A program made the translations under genes and the position numbers. 64,000 nucleotides of DNA, taken from NCBI RefSeq assembly GCF_009914755.1, contig NC_060927.1. One strand, 5' to 3'. The notes beneath the pieces are model-generated. The model was given only the letters and a program-made list of their open reading frames with translations. It searched no databases and was not told the origin of the DNA. Positions 44,366-58,500 of this stretch are shown here, piece after piece (position 1 is the first letter of the stretch; each line of letters starts with the position of its first letter). The DNA comes from the human T2T-CHM13v2.0 reference genome, Homo sapiens.

Positions 44366-47019
44366 GTGTAAAAGAATAAAAACAGATTTTAAAAATACTT
44401 ATTTTGGATGCTGATAGGAGCTTGAGAACATAAACGTTTGGAATACTTTAAAAGACTTGTACTTTCTACATCATTTGAAGAGATTCCAGAAGAATGGGCA
44501 GAAAGTAAGAGGATAGAGAGAAAAGGCCTGGGGTGAGGGGTGGGAAGCATTAATAGGATAGGAAGAAATGAGGAATCAGGTGTTCAAGGGAGATTGGTGC
44601 TACACTTTTGAGGTCATTGATGACCAGCTAGTAAGTTTAATAATACGTAGTGTGGAACATAAACAGACACTTGGTGTTTAGGGTAGTAACCTTACAGGAG
44701 TTGTGTTTTGGTGACATTTTATAGGGGTAGGACACATATAGAATGAAGTAGAGATTGTGGTTATACAGAACAGAGATGAGGGACTAGATGAGGGGAGTGG
44801 CCCTAGAATGAAAAGGAGGACATGTATGCTGAGAGAAATGTGATAAGGTTAGGCTGCATAGGATGTACCAGCTGACTGGATGTGGATATTAAAGGCAATG
44901 GGGGTATTAACAATTATTTTTAAAATACAGCAAGAATTTAAAAAACTTTTAATCAATCAAAAATTCCTTATTTAAGAATTATATAAAATATCAGTAAGTG
45001 AAAAACATTTAAAATTGTATTTTATCAGGGATTATAACTTAAGTAGAAGATACATGTTAATTTCTTAAAACATTTCATTTCTGTGCTAAGCTCTTTCAAA
45101 GCACTGGATGGTGATCTAAAGGTCACCAAATTCTTTGTCCCAAATTGGTAATTTTAAAGTAAACATAATTTCAACGTTAGGCCTATTTTGTTATTTGCTG
45201 AGAAATGTCTCAATGTCAACCAGGCAGTTCTCCTCTCTTATTAAAGTCCATGCTCAGAATGCCTGTGTAACCTATCCTTAGTGATAAACAAGGTGGCAGA
45301 TAGATACATGATAAAACAAGTTTGCCATGTGCTCAATGTGGCTGACATTTATACTTCTCAGACCTTGCTATTTTAGGGAAGGTATCAGTATAACCAGGGC
45401 ATTCTTTTTCCTGGAACTAAAAATCCTTAATAATCAGTCACTATTATAAACAGAATGATTTACATACAGGAATCAATAAACAGTTGCTTTTGGTTAATGG
45501 TTATCTGGAGTAGGAGGATAGTTATATTTCAAATAGAATAGAAAGCTTTATTGGAATACTTACATGTCTTTTTAGTTTGAGGACCTTACAAGCTTTTTAC
45601 AAATAAATGGTTTAAAATAGTTTAAACAGAAAATGTCAGAACATTGATAGATTATGTTTTATTTAATATACAGAGAAAAATTCCCATGAAATAAAGACAG
45701 TTTTCAAGAAAAATATTCTATTTATAAATATTTACAACTTATTAGTTATTTAGATTGCCCGTGTCCATAAAAATAATACAGAAATTACACTATTTATGTC
45801 TTTAAATATAGCATGTTTCTATAAACTAGAGAATAATGTTGACAGTATTTTATTTTGCCTTTGTTAGTATTATGTGAAAGTCACACTTATTACATGCCTT
45901 TTTCTATTATTAGACTTTTTTTCCTATCTAGTTTTTGCCTTGTGCTATACAGTATGGTGAAAATCTATTTAGCTATGTCATTAAGATAATGCTTAGAAAA
46001 TGCTAATTTTTAAGTAACTAAGATTAAGTAGTATTGGATATTCTTTGCCTTCTTTATTATTCTGTCATTGGGCTAATTTTAACTAGACAAATTTATTCCA
46101 AAGTATTTTGAGCCATTATTTGAACTTCATTGCTGTAACATTCAGGAAAAACTGCATTGTCTACCTAGTGGCATTCAGATAAGGCATTTGGTCTTAGGTA
46201 CCTCTTCCAAAAGACTTTTAAGAGGTTTGATAAGCATAGCAAAAGTGAACGACGGAGGATACAAGAAAATCTTTGATCCAGGAGTAGTCTCTCTGAAGCA
46301 TTGCATGACCTTTCCAAAAAATAATTTGAGAAGTGCCTAACAATAGAAAAATATATATTTTTTCCTTCAATAGGAAAGACTTTAGAAAAAATATACTCAA
46401 GTAGAATTCTGCATAATGCTTTCTGGGGGACCACATTTGCTGAAAATTGCCTACGGGAAATGACTTTCTCAGAGTGATATAGTTTTGAGGACTGAGATTT
46501 TAAAAGTAAATATTTTATTGGGAGCAATTAATTTAGGAAGAATAGTATTATGCCTATTCCTCTGTAGTTGATTAAAGTTTACTAAGTGCTGAGGTCTTTT
46601 CCCTTAAAACATTACTTTGCCATGTTAACAATCAGGTCATAGAGGAATGAATTCATCTTTTGTGTTTTGCTAAATAATCAGTTAACAAACATATTCTGAG
46701 CACGTTTAAAGTCAAAGGATTGTAGTAGGTCACAAGAGGGAGATCGAAAGTATAATTACATAGTGTCTTTCCTTCTTTGACATACAATTGGGTTGAGGAG
46801 AAAGACTTGAAAACTTAATGCAAGGCACTATACAAGTTAGTACCAAAGGAGGAAACTGAAAGAGGGAAGGAAATTCAAAGAAGGAAGTTTTTGTGGAACT
46901 GAATGGCAAGGGAATGCTGTGGGGAAGAGGGGGCATCTGTCATAGGCCCAAAGATTAAGCACTCTTTTCGGAATATGGAGTGACATAGTAAGAATAAGGT
47001 GGAAGTAGTGATGAAAGCT

Positions 47020-47245
47020 ACCATATTTGAGCAGCGTCTTTTCTATGTGAGGCCTTGCTAGCTTATGTTGTTTTTGGAAAAAAACAGATAGACAACCTGG
47101 TAGTGATAGTAGACAATGAATGAATTGGGCCGGTGAGTCAGGAATCATCATCCTCTTAGAGGACACAGACTTAGAGAAATTATCTTATTTGCCTAAATCC
47201 ACATAGCTGGTGATCAGCCGAACTGAACAGAAGCCAGGTCTTTTC
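47020..47245 (-). mobile_element. MIR (degenerate)
   Basis: gaggacacagacttagagaaatt...ttgcctaaatccacatagctgg. Confidence 0.55.
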
Positions 47246-48999
47246 ATACTTCAAAACCAGCATTCCCCAACCCCATCCCTCCCCATCCCATGATTCTGTT
47301 GGGAATGAGTGTGGCATGTTTATGACATAGTAATTTTAAAACTTCACCCATACAACAACTGACATAAGTCAAGAAGATAGAAATTTTATTTAAAAGGCTG
47401 TCAAATGTATTTTCATCTTTTTTGCTTTGATGATGGGTTACAAATAGCGTATCGTTTGACAAATGCTTATACTCTGTTTCTTGGATTTGTAAAAAAAATA
47501 AAACAAACTAGGCCTCCCATCTTCAGTAGATATGGTATGGAGTTGCAGTATCATGATGTTGTAACAGTGCATTTCGCAGTAGGTAGACCCATTTGGGATT
47601 CCCTCAGAGGAAGCTTGTGAAGTTTGAAGATAATGTACTTTCTCACCAATAGTATGAGGCTATAAAATTTTCACCAAGAAATGATAGGGGCAAAAGTTTA
47701 TAGATCATGGTTGTTTGATTATTTTATGCTTTTATGTTACATCATCTAATTTATACATCAGTCTCTGCTCTCTGTAACTTTACATGTGATGTAGCCTGTG
47801 ACTTTAAAAGATAAGCTGTTAATTGTAGAGTTGTGCTGTTGGAGACCTGTCACTTTGCTAACAAATTCCTCTCTTCATAGAGCTATTTAGAACATATGGC
47901 AAATAAAATTATGTGATTATGTGTTTTTAGAGAAAAATTTATTTATATAAAATGAAAGTCTTTGCTTTTGGCTGCAAAAGAAAGCATCCTTAATAGCAAA
48001 TATTGATTGCAGTGCCAGTGTGCCATGTATCATGCTATACCCTTTGGAGGAAAAAGAGGTAAGATGTGCCTGTTCTCAAAGTAATTTCCAGTATAGTGAT
48101 AGAAATATTCACAAATAATGGACGGGCAAAACAAAGTGGGCACAAAGAAGCCAAGAATAAGCTGTTTGTGGGCAGAGTGTGGAATTTGCCTAAAACCATT
48201 CGGTAGACAGGTTAACTCTTTAGATACTTTGTATATATTGGAGAAGAGACAAAATCAACTCATAATTTATTAAAATGATGTGATTTGATATGTACACCAT
48301 TTAGTTTTTCTGTTCAAGTATTTGGTAAATAAGTGTGATGCCAGCATAGTATCATCCTGGACTAGACAGAAGAAATTAATTTATTTCTGATGCTGGCAGT
48401 TTTGGAGAAAGGTGGGCACATACGGTTCATCTGAATCTTCCTCATGCTAAATTCTTGATTGGAAGCAGGTTAAAACACTCAGGTTAACGTTTATGTTAAC
48501 AGAAAAGAAAAATCAGTCAGAGAGAGGTGCGTTGTATTTAACATTAATGACAGAGAATTTTAAATATGCACATGATTCTCTTTTTCCTCCAGCTTTTCTT
48601 TCTGCACAGGAAATAAAGCTGTATTTTGTAGGCCAGCTTCCAGACTTTGAAATGGTGAAAGTGCAACTGTGCATATTCTTCTATAAGACCCCATTCAGCT
48701 GTGACGTGTTGTTGTTTCCAAGATTTAATCTGCATTCTAGTTTAGAAAATTCAGGATTTTATTGCTTATTATTATTCATTTTTATTCATAAATATTTGTT
48801 TAAAGCCCATTACATATAAAGTTTTACTATAAGATTTTAATTGAAATTTTTAAGACAAATTAAGAATATGGTTTCTGATTTTCTGAAGTTTATGGCCTAT
48901 AGAAAAAGGTCCATTCATAAGTGAAATAATAAAAGCAAAACAACAAAAGACTCGAGCTTTAGCCATTCTAGTAATTATTAAAATAGCTACTTTCTTCGT

Positions 49000-49200
49000 A
49001 GGAACTTATTATTTTACATGTGTGATCCCATAGCTCTTACACAATTCTGTGTGATTTAGGCATTGCTATCTTTCTGGCTCCCAAGTGAGAAGATTGAGGC
49101 TTGGAAAGATTAAGGTTAGGGGATTTGCTCAAGGGTCATATGATAAGGTACTACTGTGAGAGCTGAGATCTCAACCCAGGAGTTTTGCTGTTTTTCTGCT
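49000..49200 (-). mobile_element. MIR (degenerate)
   Basis: gtgagaagattgaggcttggaaag...gatttgctcaagggtcata. Confidence 0.55.
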
Positions 49201-50575
49201 TGTTTATTTCCATCAGTATGGTATGAATTAGGCACACAAATACTCATTGCATGTAGATTTGGGACCTACTCCAAGTTAATTCTGGAAAGACTCAGTGAAG
49301 AAGATAAGATGTGGAAGAGGTTTTTTTTAAGCATTATGGTCATGAAAGAGCAGACTATGGAATGGACTTTGAAGTTTCACTAGCTTTGAAAGGAGGGGTA
49401 TATCAAATGGCCTAATCTGCCTGTGTGGTTTGCTCAGTATTAGTTCTACTCATACCTAATACCCTCTGCCCCAGCACTCGCCAAGATCAGCAAAATCTAC
49501 TTTTAGACTCAAAATCATTACCACCTGTCAAGTTTCTGATGTCGCTTCTGAGTGACATAGCACTCTGTCAATTGCTCTGTTGGATGGCTTTGCTGAATGG
49601 CACCTTTTAAGAAGTGCCTTGAGCCCCAAAAGAGTTTCAAATGCTCTTGTAATCTATTCAGCTGCATTATTGAAGATATTAGGGTAATTCAATTCATTTT
49701 TTCATCACTAAAACATAGAAATCTGTTGCCAACATTAAAATAGACAAACATATCATTGAAAATTTAATAGCTCTACATTCACTTGGAGATTTCCGATAAA
49801 CTTTTCTCACTTTCCCCCAAATCCTTAATAATTAGAGCATGTCCATGTGTGTATGTGTGCATGTTTTTGTGTCATATCCCTATGTGTCTATATATATATT
49901 CCATAAATGATTGTGAAGTGGTACACAAGTTGTAGCTAAAAATGAAATAGAATAAATGTATGAAGCTAAGGGATCCATTCTCCAACTAATGCGTTAGTTG
50001 ACAAATTTGCTCTGAAATATTGATACCATTTTGTGATTCCCTGTATTGAATACAAGTATGGGCTTGTGAAAATATAGTATCCACAGACCCTAATTAGAAA
50101 CAAAATAAAGGTATTCTAATATACCTATGCAAATTTAAAGTTTTAACTTATTCATATAACAGTTTTCAGCTTGTCAGTGACCTGATATCAATGGATTTGA
50201 AAATGATTTTACCTTTAAGTACCAAGAATTCTTAGGGACATGTGTGTGTGTGTGTATTCAGATTAAAGATTCCATGCTAATATACTAATTTTTTGGCAAG
50301 AAAATTAAGCACCTGTATTTCAGTTTAATAGTACTGTGGTAAATGAAATATATTAAACATGCAGATTCTGTTACATTCACCTAATATTAATTTGAATTTT
50401 TAATATTCTAGGCACTGTGCTAGATATTGAATACATAATGGTAAACATAAACAGATAGTAAACAGTTATAAAATTTAGACATCTCTCAATTTTCAAATTG
50501 GCCATTGCAGAAATAGTGACATTTTATTAGGTTTTGTTGCCACAAGATTTTCAATAATTAAAAAAAAATTATTTA

Positions 50576-50641
50576 TAGATGCCAGTAAATATTTATTTTA
50601 CAGCATCTAGATGCCAGTAAATATTTATTTTACAGCATCTA
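50576..50641. repeat. Perfect 32-bp tandem duplication
   Basis: tagatgccagtaaatatttattttacagcatc x2, then ta. Confidence 0.95.
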
Positions 50642-52424
50642 CCAATGTTAGATTTACTATGCACGAAGGAAGGATTTTATTTTCATGTAAAGAAAAATGC
50701 CATTTTATGCTTAGAATCAATGCTTTACAATTAAACAAGAGAAATAGCATCACAAAATAATACGGGAAGAGAAAACTCATTTTGAGTAGCAGCAAAATAT
50801 TGTGAGTTTAAAAGGTCAGGCCAGTACAGGAGGCTCCAGTTTTGCCACTCACTATGCAGAATGCTGTGACAGCCAGGGCTGATACAGCTGAAAATATCTG
50901 CAGCTTTGGAAGCCTTGTAAGTTTCAGAAGGTCATTTTGGCATCATGATAGGAGCACAGATTCACATGGAAGGTCAAACTGGACAGCCAGGCAGGAAGAT
51001 AGGTTGCTGAACCCAGTGCTTGTAGATTTTAGAGCAATCACCAACTGCAGTAACTGAGTTTTTTAATTCAATGCAGCCATCTTTCATTGTAATGTTTATT
51101 GGGGAATGAGCTTTACTTGGTGGGGAAATTATAAATTACCTTCTCTCTTCTGAAACCTAAGTGTTGCATCTACAACTTTCCCTGGTATCAAGACAAATGT
51201 TACTTTAATTTTATTTACGTGTGATATATACCCCATCAAGCTTACAAAAGTAAAGTGCACATCAGATAGGACTGTTGTTGTTGTTGGTGGTGGTGTTTTT
51301 AATCAATTAGAAGGCAAAGAAATGAAACAAGTACTTATGATGAAATTGAGCACTAAATTTATCTCTCAGCTTCCTGGCAACTGAAGCAGAAGCTTTAGGA
51401 AGTGAAAAAGTCCTGAGTTTATTTAATAAGATTTCTTCAGATCCCATACACTGTCTTATTCTTAGCCCTTTGGGTGTTTAGTTAAATATACTGACTCTGC
51501 CCTTGGGTGAAGTCTTGAATGGGTGAATTCCAATTACTAAAAAAGTGAAGGCTGAATTCTTTAGCCTGCCTTTAAGGCCCTTACTGATTTGGCTTCAGCC
51601 CAAAGTTCCAGGGTCATCTTCTGCCAGCCCCATTACATACAGGTGTTCCATACAGACCAGTTCTTCCAGTGTTGATATGCAGTGCTTTCCCACATCCCTG
51701 CCATTACTGTCTGGATTTCTACAGTTTGGATTTCTACTCCTTTTTGTCTCTAACCAAATGAAACTTGTCCTTCCAGACCAACCTTCCATTTCTTATCCCT
51801 TTTGAAACTAACCTTGACCTCTCTCTTTAACTTACCAAGCTTTCTTGTTACCTCTACTGTGTACTTCTCGCTTCCTTTTTTATATATAGTTATTTGTGTG
51901 TTAGTTTTATACCTTTAATTAAACATCAAATTCTTAAAGGCTGGATCCAAGTATTCTCGCTATATCTAGGCTACATATAAAAGGTGGTCAATACACAGTT
52001 AATATAATCAATACACATATTTTATGTGTATTATATATTGTTAATGAATATATTCATTTAATAAAGTTACTGTTGAATGTATTTGAATTTCTTGAAGGAA
52101 AACATTTCTTTTCCTAGGATAGTAGGGAACAAAGAAAGAAAACCTAAAAAAAGAAGCACAATTAGAGAAACACACTCCTGTAATTTTTCTCAAAGGAAAT
52201 ATTTTGAGACAGCAGAACCAAGATTATAATTTTTTTTAATTGTTTTGACTTTGGGTTTTCTTTTTATAAGTCAGCTTAATATTTGTGATTTCTCTGTGCC
52301 AAAAAGTAACCAATATTAATAGAGAACAGCTTTAGTACATGTAAAAGAAAAAAATCCTTTATGTCATTTCAAACCCTCAGTGCTTTCTTTCTGACAGATT
52401 TTTAATGGTTTTATCAGCTGTTAA

Positions 52425-52498
52425 TTAGGTTGGTGCAAAAGTAATTGCAGTTTTAAAAAAAGATCGCAAAAACTGAAATTACTTTTGCACCACCCTGA
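52425..52498. mobile_element. MADE1 (Hsmar1-derived MITE)
   Basis: Inverted repeats ttaggttggtgcaaaagtaatt ... aattacttttgcacca. Confidence 0.92.
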
Positions 52499-53224
52499 TA
52501 AAAAATTGGCCTGACTATATTGCTTTGAAATGTTTCAGACAGTATTCTGTCTCCTTCATTGCTCTTCAGATACTGTTTTAGCAGTTTATCTAGATCAGTC
52601 TTACTGTGTGCATAGTCAGCATACATCAGTTTTATACTTTTAAAGCGGCATTGCATTTTACCTACGTGGAAGTTTTCTGCAGACATATTTTAAGCTTCTC
52701 TAAGAAAAGCTCTGAAGAAAATGTAGGCTCCTGTTGCTCGGAGGGCTGATGAATAAATTTAAAAAAATCATGCTCAAAGACCACTTCCTTGACAATTAAT
52801 CTTTCAAAATCAGCTACGGAGTATCTAGAACTTCATAATCTATTCAAAATTGATTAACAATCTTAATTGAGAAGACATTTGTATCTGAAGTGTAGAATTT
52901 TCTTGTCTCCAGGTATACATTATTAATGTTTAGTGTCTACCCCATGGACATAAAAGAGCAATAGCATCCGTTCTCAGCTCTGTAAAAGAGACCATCTTAT
53001 CTTCTCTAGAATCAATATTCAGGGGTTTCTCCTTCACTTACACACACCTCACTCTGAGCTAACCACAAGCAATGCAGTAGTGGTACCTCCAATAAATCCC
53101 ACTCACCCCCTATCTCTCTCCCTTCTTTTGGCTTCTGTTGTATATATTAGTAGTCATTGTCATTTCTACCAAGTTTGGTATTAAATTGCTAGCATGTATC
53201 GTGTATCGTGAATGAAGTTTTACA

Positions 53225-53440
53225 TTTGAAATCAGAAGAGCTGATTTGGAGTTCTGGTTCTTCCATTTATTTAGCATAGGGATTTTAATGGGTCAGTCAC
53301 TTAACCATGCAAGCCTCGCCTCAATTTATTTGTTCACAAATGAGCAAAATAATATAACCAACCATCTCTTAGAGTTGTGAGGAACAAATAGTAATTAGGA
53401 TGAAAATAAATTGTATGTCAACATATAAAATATTATTTGC
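53225..53440 (+). mobile_element. MIR
   Basis: ttgaaatcaga...agtcacttaacc...gcctcaattt...agagttgtgagga. Confidence 0.7.
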
Positions 53441-53449
53441 TATTTTTGA

Positions 53450-53820
<371 letters not shown>

Positions 53821-54160
53821 GAAACTTTTTTTTTTTTAATTAAAGAACCAAATGAACACCTTGCAGATTTTATGTATAAGCCAGAAAGAAAGCTCAGTAC
53901 ATGTATAGAATGTAGCACAAGCCAACTTTTCAAAAATTAATCTTTTTAAGGGGCATTATGTAATGAAGGAGCATACATTTTTAGTTTTATCCAGGATAAA
54001 AGTGGTTCTTTTTCCCCCATTAACTTTAACACAGAGGTTTTACTTTAATTTAAATTCCAAGGACTAGGTTTTTGTTGTATATGAAGAAAACGATTTGACT
54101 AAATCCAATGTAAATGTTTTTCCTTATTCTTTGGGGGCACACACATACACACATTAATCC

Positions 54161-54493
54161 TTATTTTATATTTTATTTATAATATAAATATTTAATTATA
54201 TTTTATTTATAATACAAATATTTAATTATATTTTATTTATAATATAAATATTTATATTTTATTTATAATATAAATATTTAATTATATTTTATTTATAATA
54301 TAAATATTTATATTTTATTTATAATATAAATATTTATATTTTATTTATAATATAAATATATTTTATTTATAATATAAATATATTTTATTTATAATATAAA
54401 TATTTATATTTTATTTATAATATAAATATATTTTATTTATAATATAAATATTTATATTTTATTTATAATATAAATATTTAATTATATTTTATA
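54161..54493. repeat. AT-only minisatellite, 12 units of 22/26/30 bp
   Basis: Core atttataatataaat recurs 12 times from 54175 to 54461; a single C (54215) in ~330 bp. Confidence 0.95.
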
Positions 54494-54833
54494 GGTTGAA
54501 TAGGTTCCTTGTTTATCTTTTTTGCAAAATAATTTTATTGTTATAAATTGTTCTTATTATAAGCAATAAATAAGGAACCTAAATATCACAATCTGTAAAG
54601 CATTTTATTTGTGTGTGATTTTATATGATAGTTCATTAGACATTAGATAGGAAAGTATGGAAAGTTTTGAGATTGCTACATGATTGCTCTTTTAATTTGT
54701 CCAATGTATTCCTTTAAATGTTGTGAGGGATTTTTTTACCAGTGAAGTAGCTTTTGCATGCTAAGTTGTAGTGAACTGCTGGGCAGAACTAAAACATAAA
54801 TGGTTTGAGGCATGATTAATAGTTGTATATGGT

Positions 54834-55123
54834 GGCCGGGCGTGGTGGCTCATGCCTGTAATCCCAGCACTTTGGGAGGCCGAGGCGGGTGGCTCACGAG
54901 GTCAGGAGATTGAGACCATCCTGGCTAACATGGTGAAACCCCGTCTCTACTGAAAATACAAAAAGTAGCCGGGTGTGGTGGTGGGTGCCTGTAGTCCCAG
55001 CTACTCAGGAGGCTGAGGCAGGAGAATGGCATGAACCCAGGTGGAGCTTGCAGTGAGCCGAGATCACACCACTGCACTCCAGCGTGGGTGACAGTGTGAG
55101 ACTCCGTCTCAAAAAAAAAAAAA
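54834..55123 (+). mobile_element. AluY
   Basis: accatcctggctaac, gagaatggcatgaac and gagcttgcag diagnostics; TSD aatagttgtatatggt / aatggttgtatatggt. Confidence 0.95.
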
Positions 55124-55399
55124 AATGGTTGTATATGGTGTAGTATCTTAGAGTGATGTGCAGTGGCATGCATGATTTAAAATAATATTAATAATCATAA
55201 CAGAGCTTTTTTGTAACATTTTATAAGCATACTACCTTGCTGAAGTAGTCGATGGAATATAATCAAAGATTGTGTCACCAAATCTTTAAACAGGACATTT
55301 TATCAGAGAAGATACTCTGGTTTCTTAGGTAAAGTTATAGGGTAGAAACACAGTAAGCAGTCTCTGGTAAGAATAATATTTTAGCCTTGATTGATTATG

Positions 55400-55560
55400 G
55401 TTGCCAAAATTTAATGGAATTAAAAATAACCTGGGAAAACATAGATTCCTGGTTTCTATCCTCAGTAGGTCTAGGGTAGGTCCCAGGAACGGTATATATT
55501 TTTAATAGTTACCCACGAGTCACTGATTCAGATAATCCAATAATCTTTCTGGAGCATCAG
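55400..55560. mobile_element. MER5A-like relic
   Basis: tagattcctgg...cagtaggtctagggtaggtcccagga. Confidence 0.5.
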
Positions 55561-58500
55561 TATCCCAGAGAAACAAATGTTGCCGTTAATAAACAATTTG
55601 CAGTTATTTCAGTTTATTAGCTAGCTACGATTGCATTCTGATTTGCTGTGGAAAGCTGGTCATTACTTTTTAAGAGCATATGATGCTGATGGAAACATGT
55701 AGAGCTTTAATCGCTGTCTCATTAAAAGGATGTAGTTTATTCTTTGTGTTTCCTTATTTGTTACAGCTTTTCCAGAATGCACAGAACCTTATGTGCAATT
55801 AAAATAATTAAGAAAAAGATATTGTTTTCTATTTAGCAAAGGAACTAAATCTCATGCTCCCTTATAGTTTCTGTTCAATATGCATTCTCTTTTGAAAGTA
55901 CAAATTTGTAATAATACAATTTTTGATCTCGTCTCCCAAGAAGCCTAACTTTATTTATACTCTGACTACACGGTAAAATCACATTGTCAAAATAAAAGCG
56001 TTGGTAATGCTCACATTCTGCCAACCAACCATATTTGAAGTCTTTTAAAAATTCACTTTCAGGTACTTTATTCTGTAGACTGTTATTTAATAACTAAGAA
56101 AGAGAGTTTGAGGAGGACAAAGTGAGGGCGGAATGTTTTTATTTTCCAAGAGGACATACATGCAAAGGCATAATCATATAAGAGTATATACCTATCTTGG
56201 TTATTTTAATTAGAAGTGCATGCTGCTTCAGGGAGACTCCCCACTCCTGACTCAGGAATGACTGCGAGTGGAACCCCCGCCTCAGGGAAAATTACTACAT
56301 GGGAAAATATGCTTGGGCCTACATGAGTTTTCCAGAGTTCTCTTGTACCTTAGCTAGTTTGATAATGCTTTGCATTATGTATAGCAGTTGTCAGAAACCA
56401 TTTCCTTTAATCAGTTAGCATCCAAAAAAGGAAGGGGTAGCAGATATTTTCTGACATTTGTAGATATAATGTATTAAAAAAAGCATTACCTTACTCTTAT
56501 GACATAGTGTTGTCAGAGATTTCCCAAATACAACATGCCCTGCAGATTCTTAAAACTACACATTTTCCTTTTGTTAATAAGAAAATAACAGTAAAGTATT
56601 TATTGTCTATTTTGATACCCTGTCAACCCAAACATGTATTCCAAATTCCAGCCTCTGTTTCTTTGTAAATAATTACAAAATGCAAATACTATGATTGTTT
56701 TAGGAATGAAATGCCATGTTTTGATGCAACAGGAGTTGAAAAACTGATTTTACAAATGTTTCCATTGATTAGCTGCTATATGAGGGCTAACAGTTGAAAA
56801 TATTTTGGAAAAATACAAAAACAGGCTTTCATTTCTATTTATAGAAAAACAGACATACTTTTTTTGCATGTTCCCACAAGAGAAATTTACAGTGTAGATA
56901 AAGTACAGCATAGGCTTAACAAATATAGAAAAATATGTTATTGACTCTTGGTGGAAGTACATATTCGTAAAGGTTTTCTTAAAGTTTTTTATTCTAGTTC
57001 AAAGTTAATACATATATGAATACACTTCATGTTCTAAGGATTTATATTATTAAAATCACTCATAAGCATAGCTTTTTATATGCAATTTCAGCATTGATTA
57101 AAAGAGTGAAAAATGGGCATTAACTTAGTTGACTACTGATAACAAAATGGACATATAGTGGAGTAATATATAATTGTTAAAAAGTAATTATATTGATCTG
57201 TTTCTATTGACATAGAAAGATCATTAATATATTTTATATTGTGGAATATTAACATAATTTGTTGTTTAATCTCTGGACCTAGTTAGATATGTGAATTATG
57301 TGAAACCTTCTTCCAAGGATATTTAAGTTACATTGAAGTGAAAATAGGAGTTGTCAATGCATGTCTTTGTTTTGTGGCGTATCTTAGTCTTTTAAACCAG
57401 GGAAAAACAACTGGGTCTTGAGTCAGTGTTAGTCAGTGAAAACATTATTCTTGTTTGTGAGCATATGTGAATTTGTTATTTTTTTGAAAAAAAGTCAAGT
57501 TAAACTGATATATCTTGTTATGAAGAATATATATTATTATGAGGAATATATTCAGTTAACATTGGTATATTTTTTAAAAGTATGTTTGAGATTATTTGTT
57601 AAAAAGTAATCCTTAAGGTCAGTTGTATAAGTCAATAGAAATATCCATAGGATTGTAATGTTAAAGTGTGTAGCACCTATGTGGCTTGAGTATTTGTAAG
57701 TTTGGAATAAGAAATATGTTAGTGAAATAATAGGGACTTTTACTGATTATATGGAATGGAGGAAATATTTGTGTATTACGTTGTGTCATGAGAAGTTCAC
57801 TAATTTGTTTTTTTAGGATACATTCGAGCAATTCCATACTCATTCGTCATTGGTTTTAGTCATTGTATTCTGAAAAATAATTATTTTGGTCTTTTTATTT
57901 AATTATAGGCATAGATTTTTCTATACTTTTTTTCATAATGATTAATAGTTAAATCACATATTTTGGGCCATATTCAATATAAATAAGCTAATACAATTTT
58001 CCTGATTGAGGTTATCACACCAGGTTTAAAATCAGACATTTGGAAATTCAAATTCTATTTGTTAAGATAAAGCTTCTGTGGTCAGATTTAGTGGGTAGTA
58101 CTGAGGGCAATTATCACATTAAATTTTTAGAAATTCTGAACAGTGTGGCAACTATTAAGTTTGATCCTAATGAGATATGCTTTATATTTTGGGCAGGTTT
58201 TTTTTTAAATTATATCTGTCATTTTTTTCACATGTTGATTTTGTAATTTATCCTACTTGAGTCTGCTAAAATAGGAAAAAAATAGGTTAATTATGGAGAA
58301 GATCTTATAACTATTGGTTGTGAGAATGATTTCTGTGTGAGAGGGAAAGTTGGAATAGAGGGGCAAAGAGGTACAAAATGCAGCAGATTTCACCAATGTA
58401 TGAGGTGCTGTGGAAATATTTTCTTAGTTCTGTGATCAATTAACTTCATACTTATTTTTGTGTTGTGCAATAATGTCATTAGGGATGCACAGATGAATTT

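Noticed and set aside
54161-54493. CRISPR-like array
   Set aside because: No unique spacers and no cas genes; eukaryotic low-complexity VNTR
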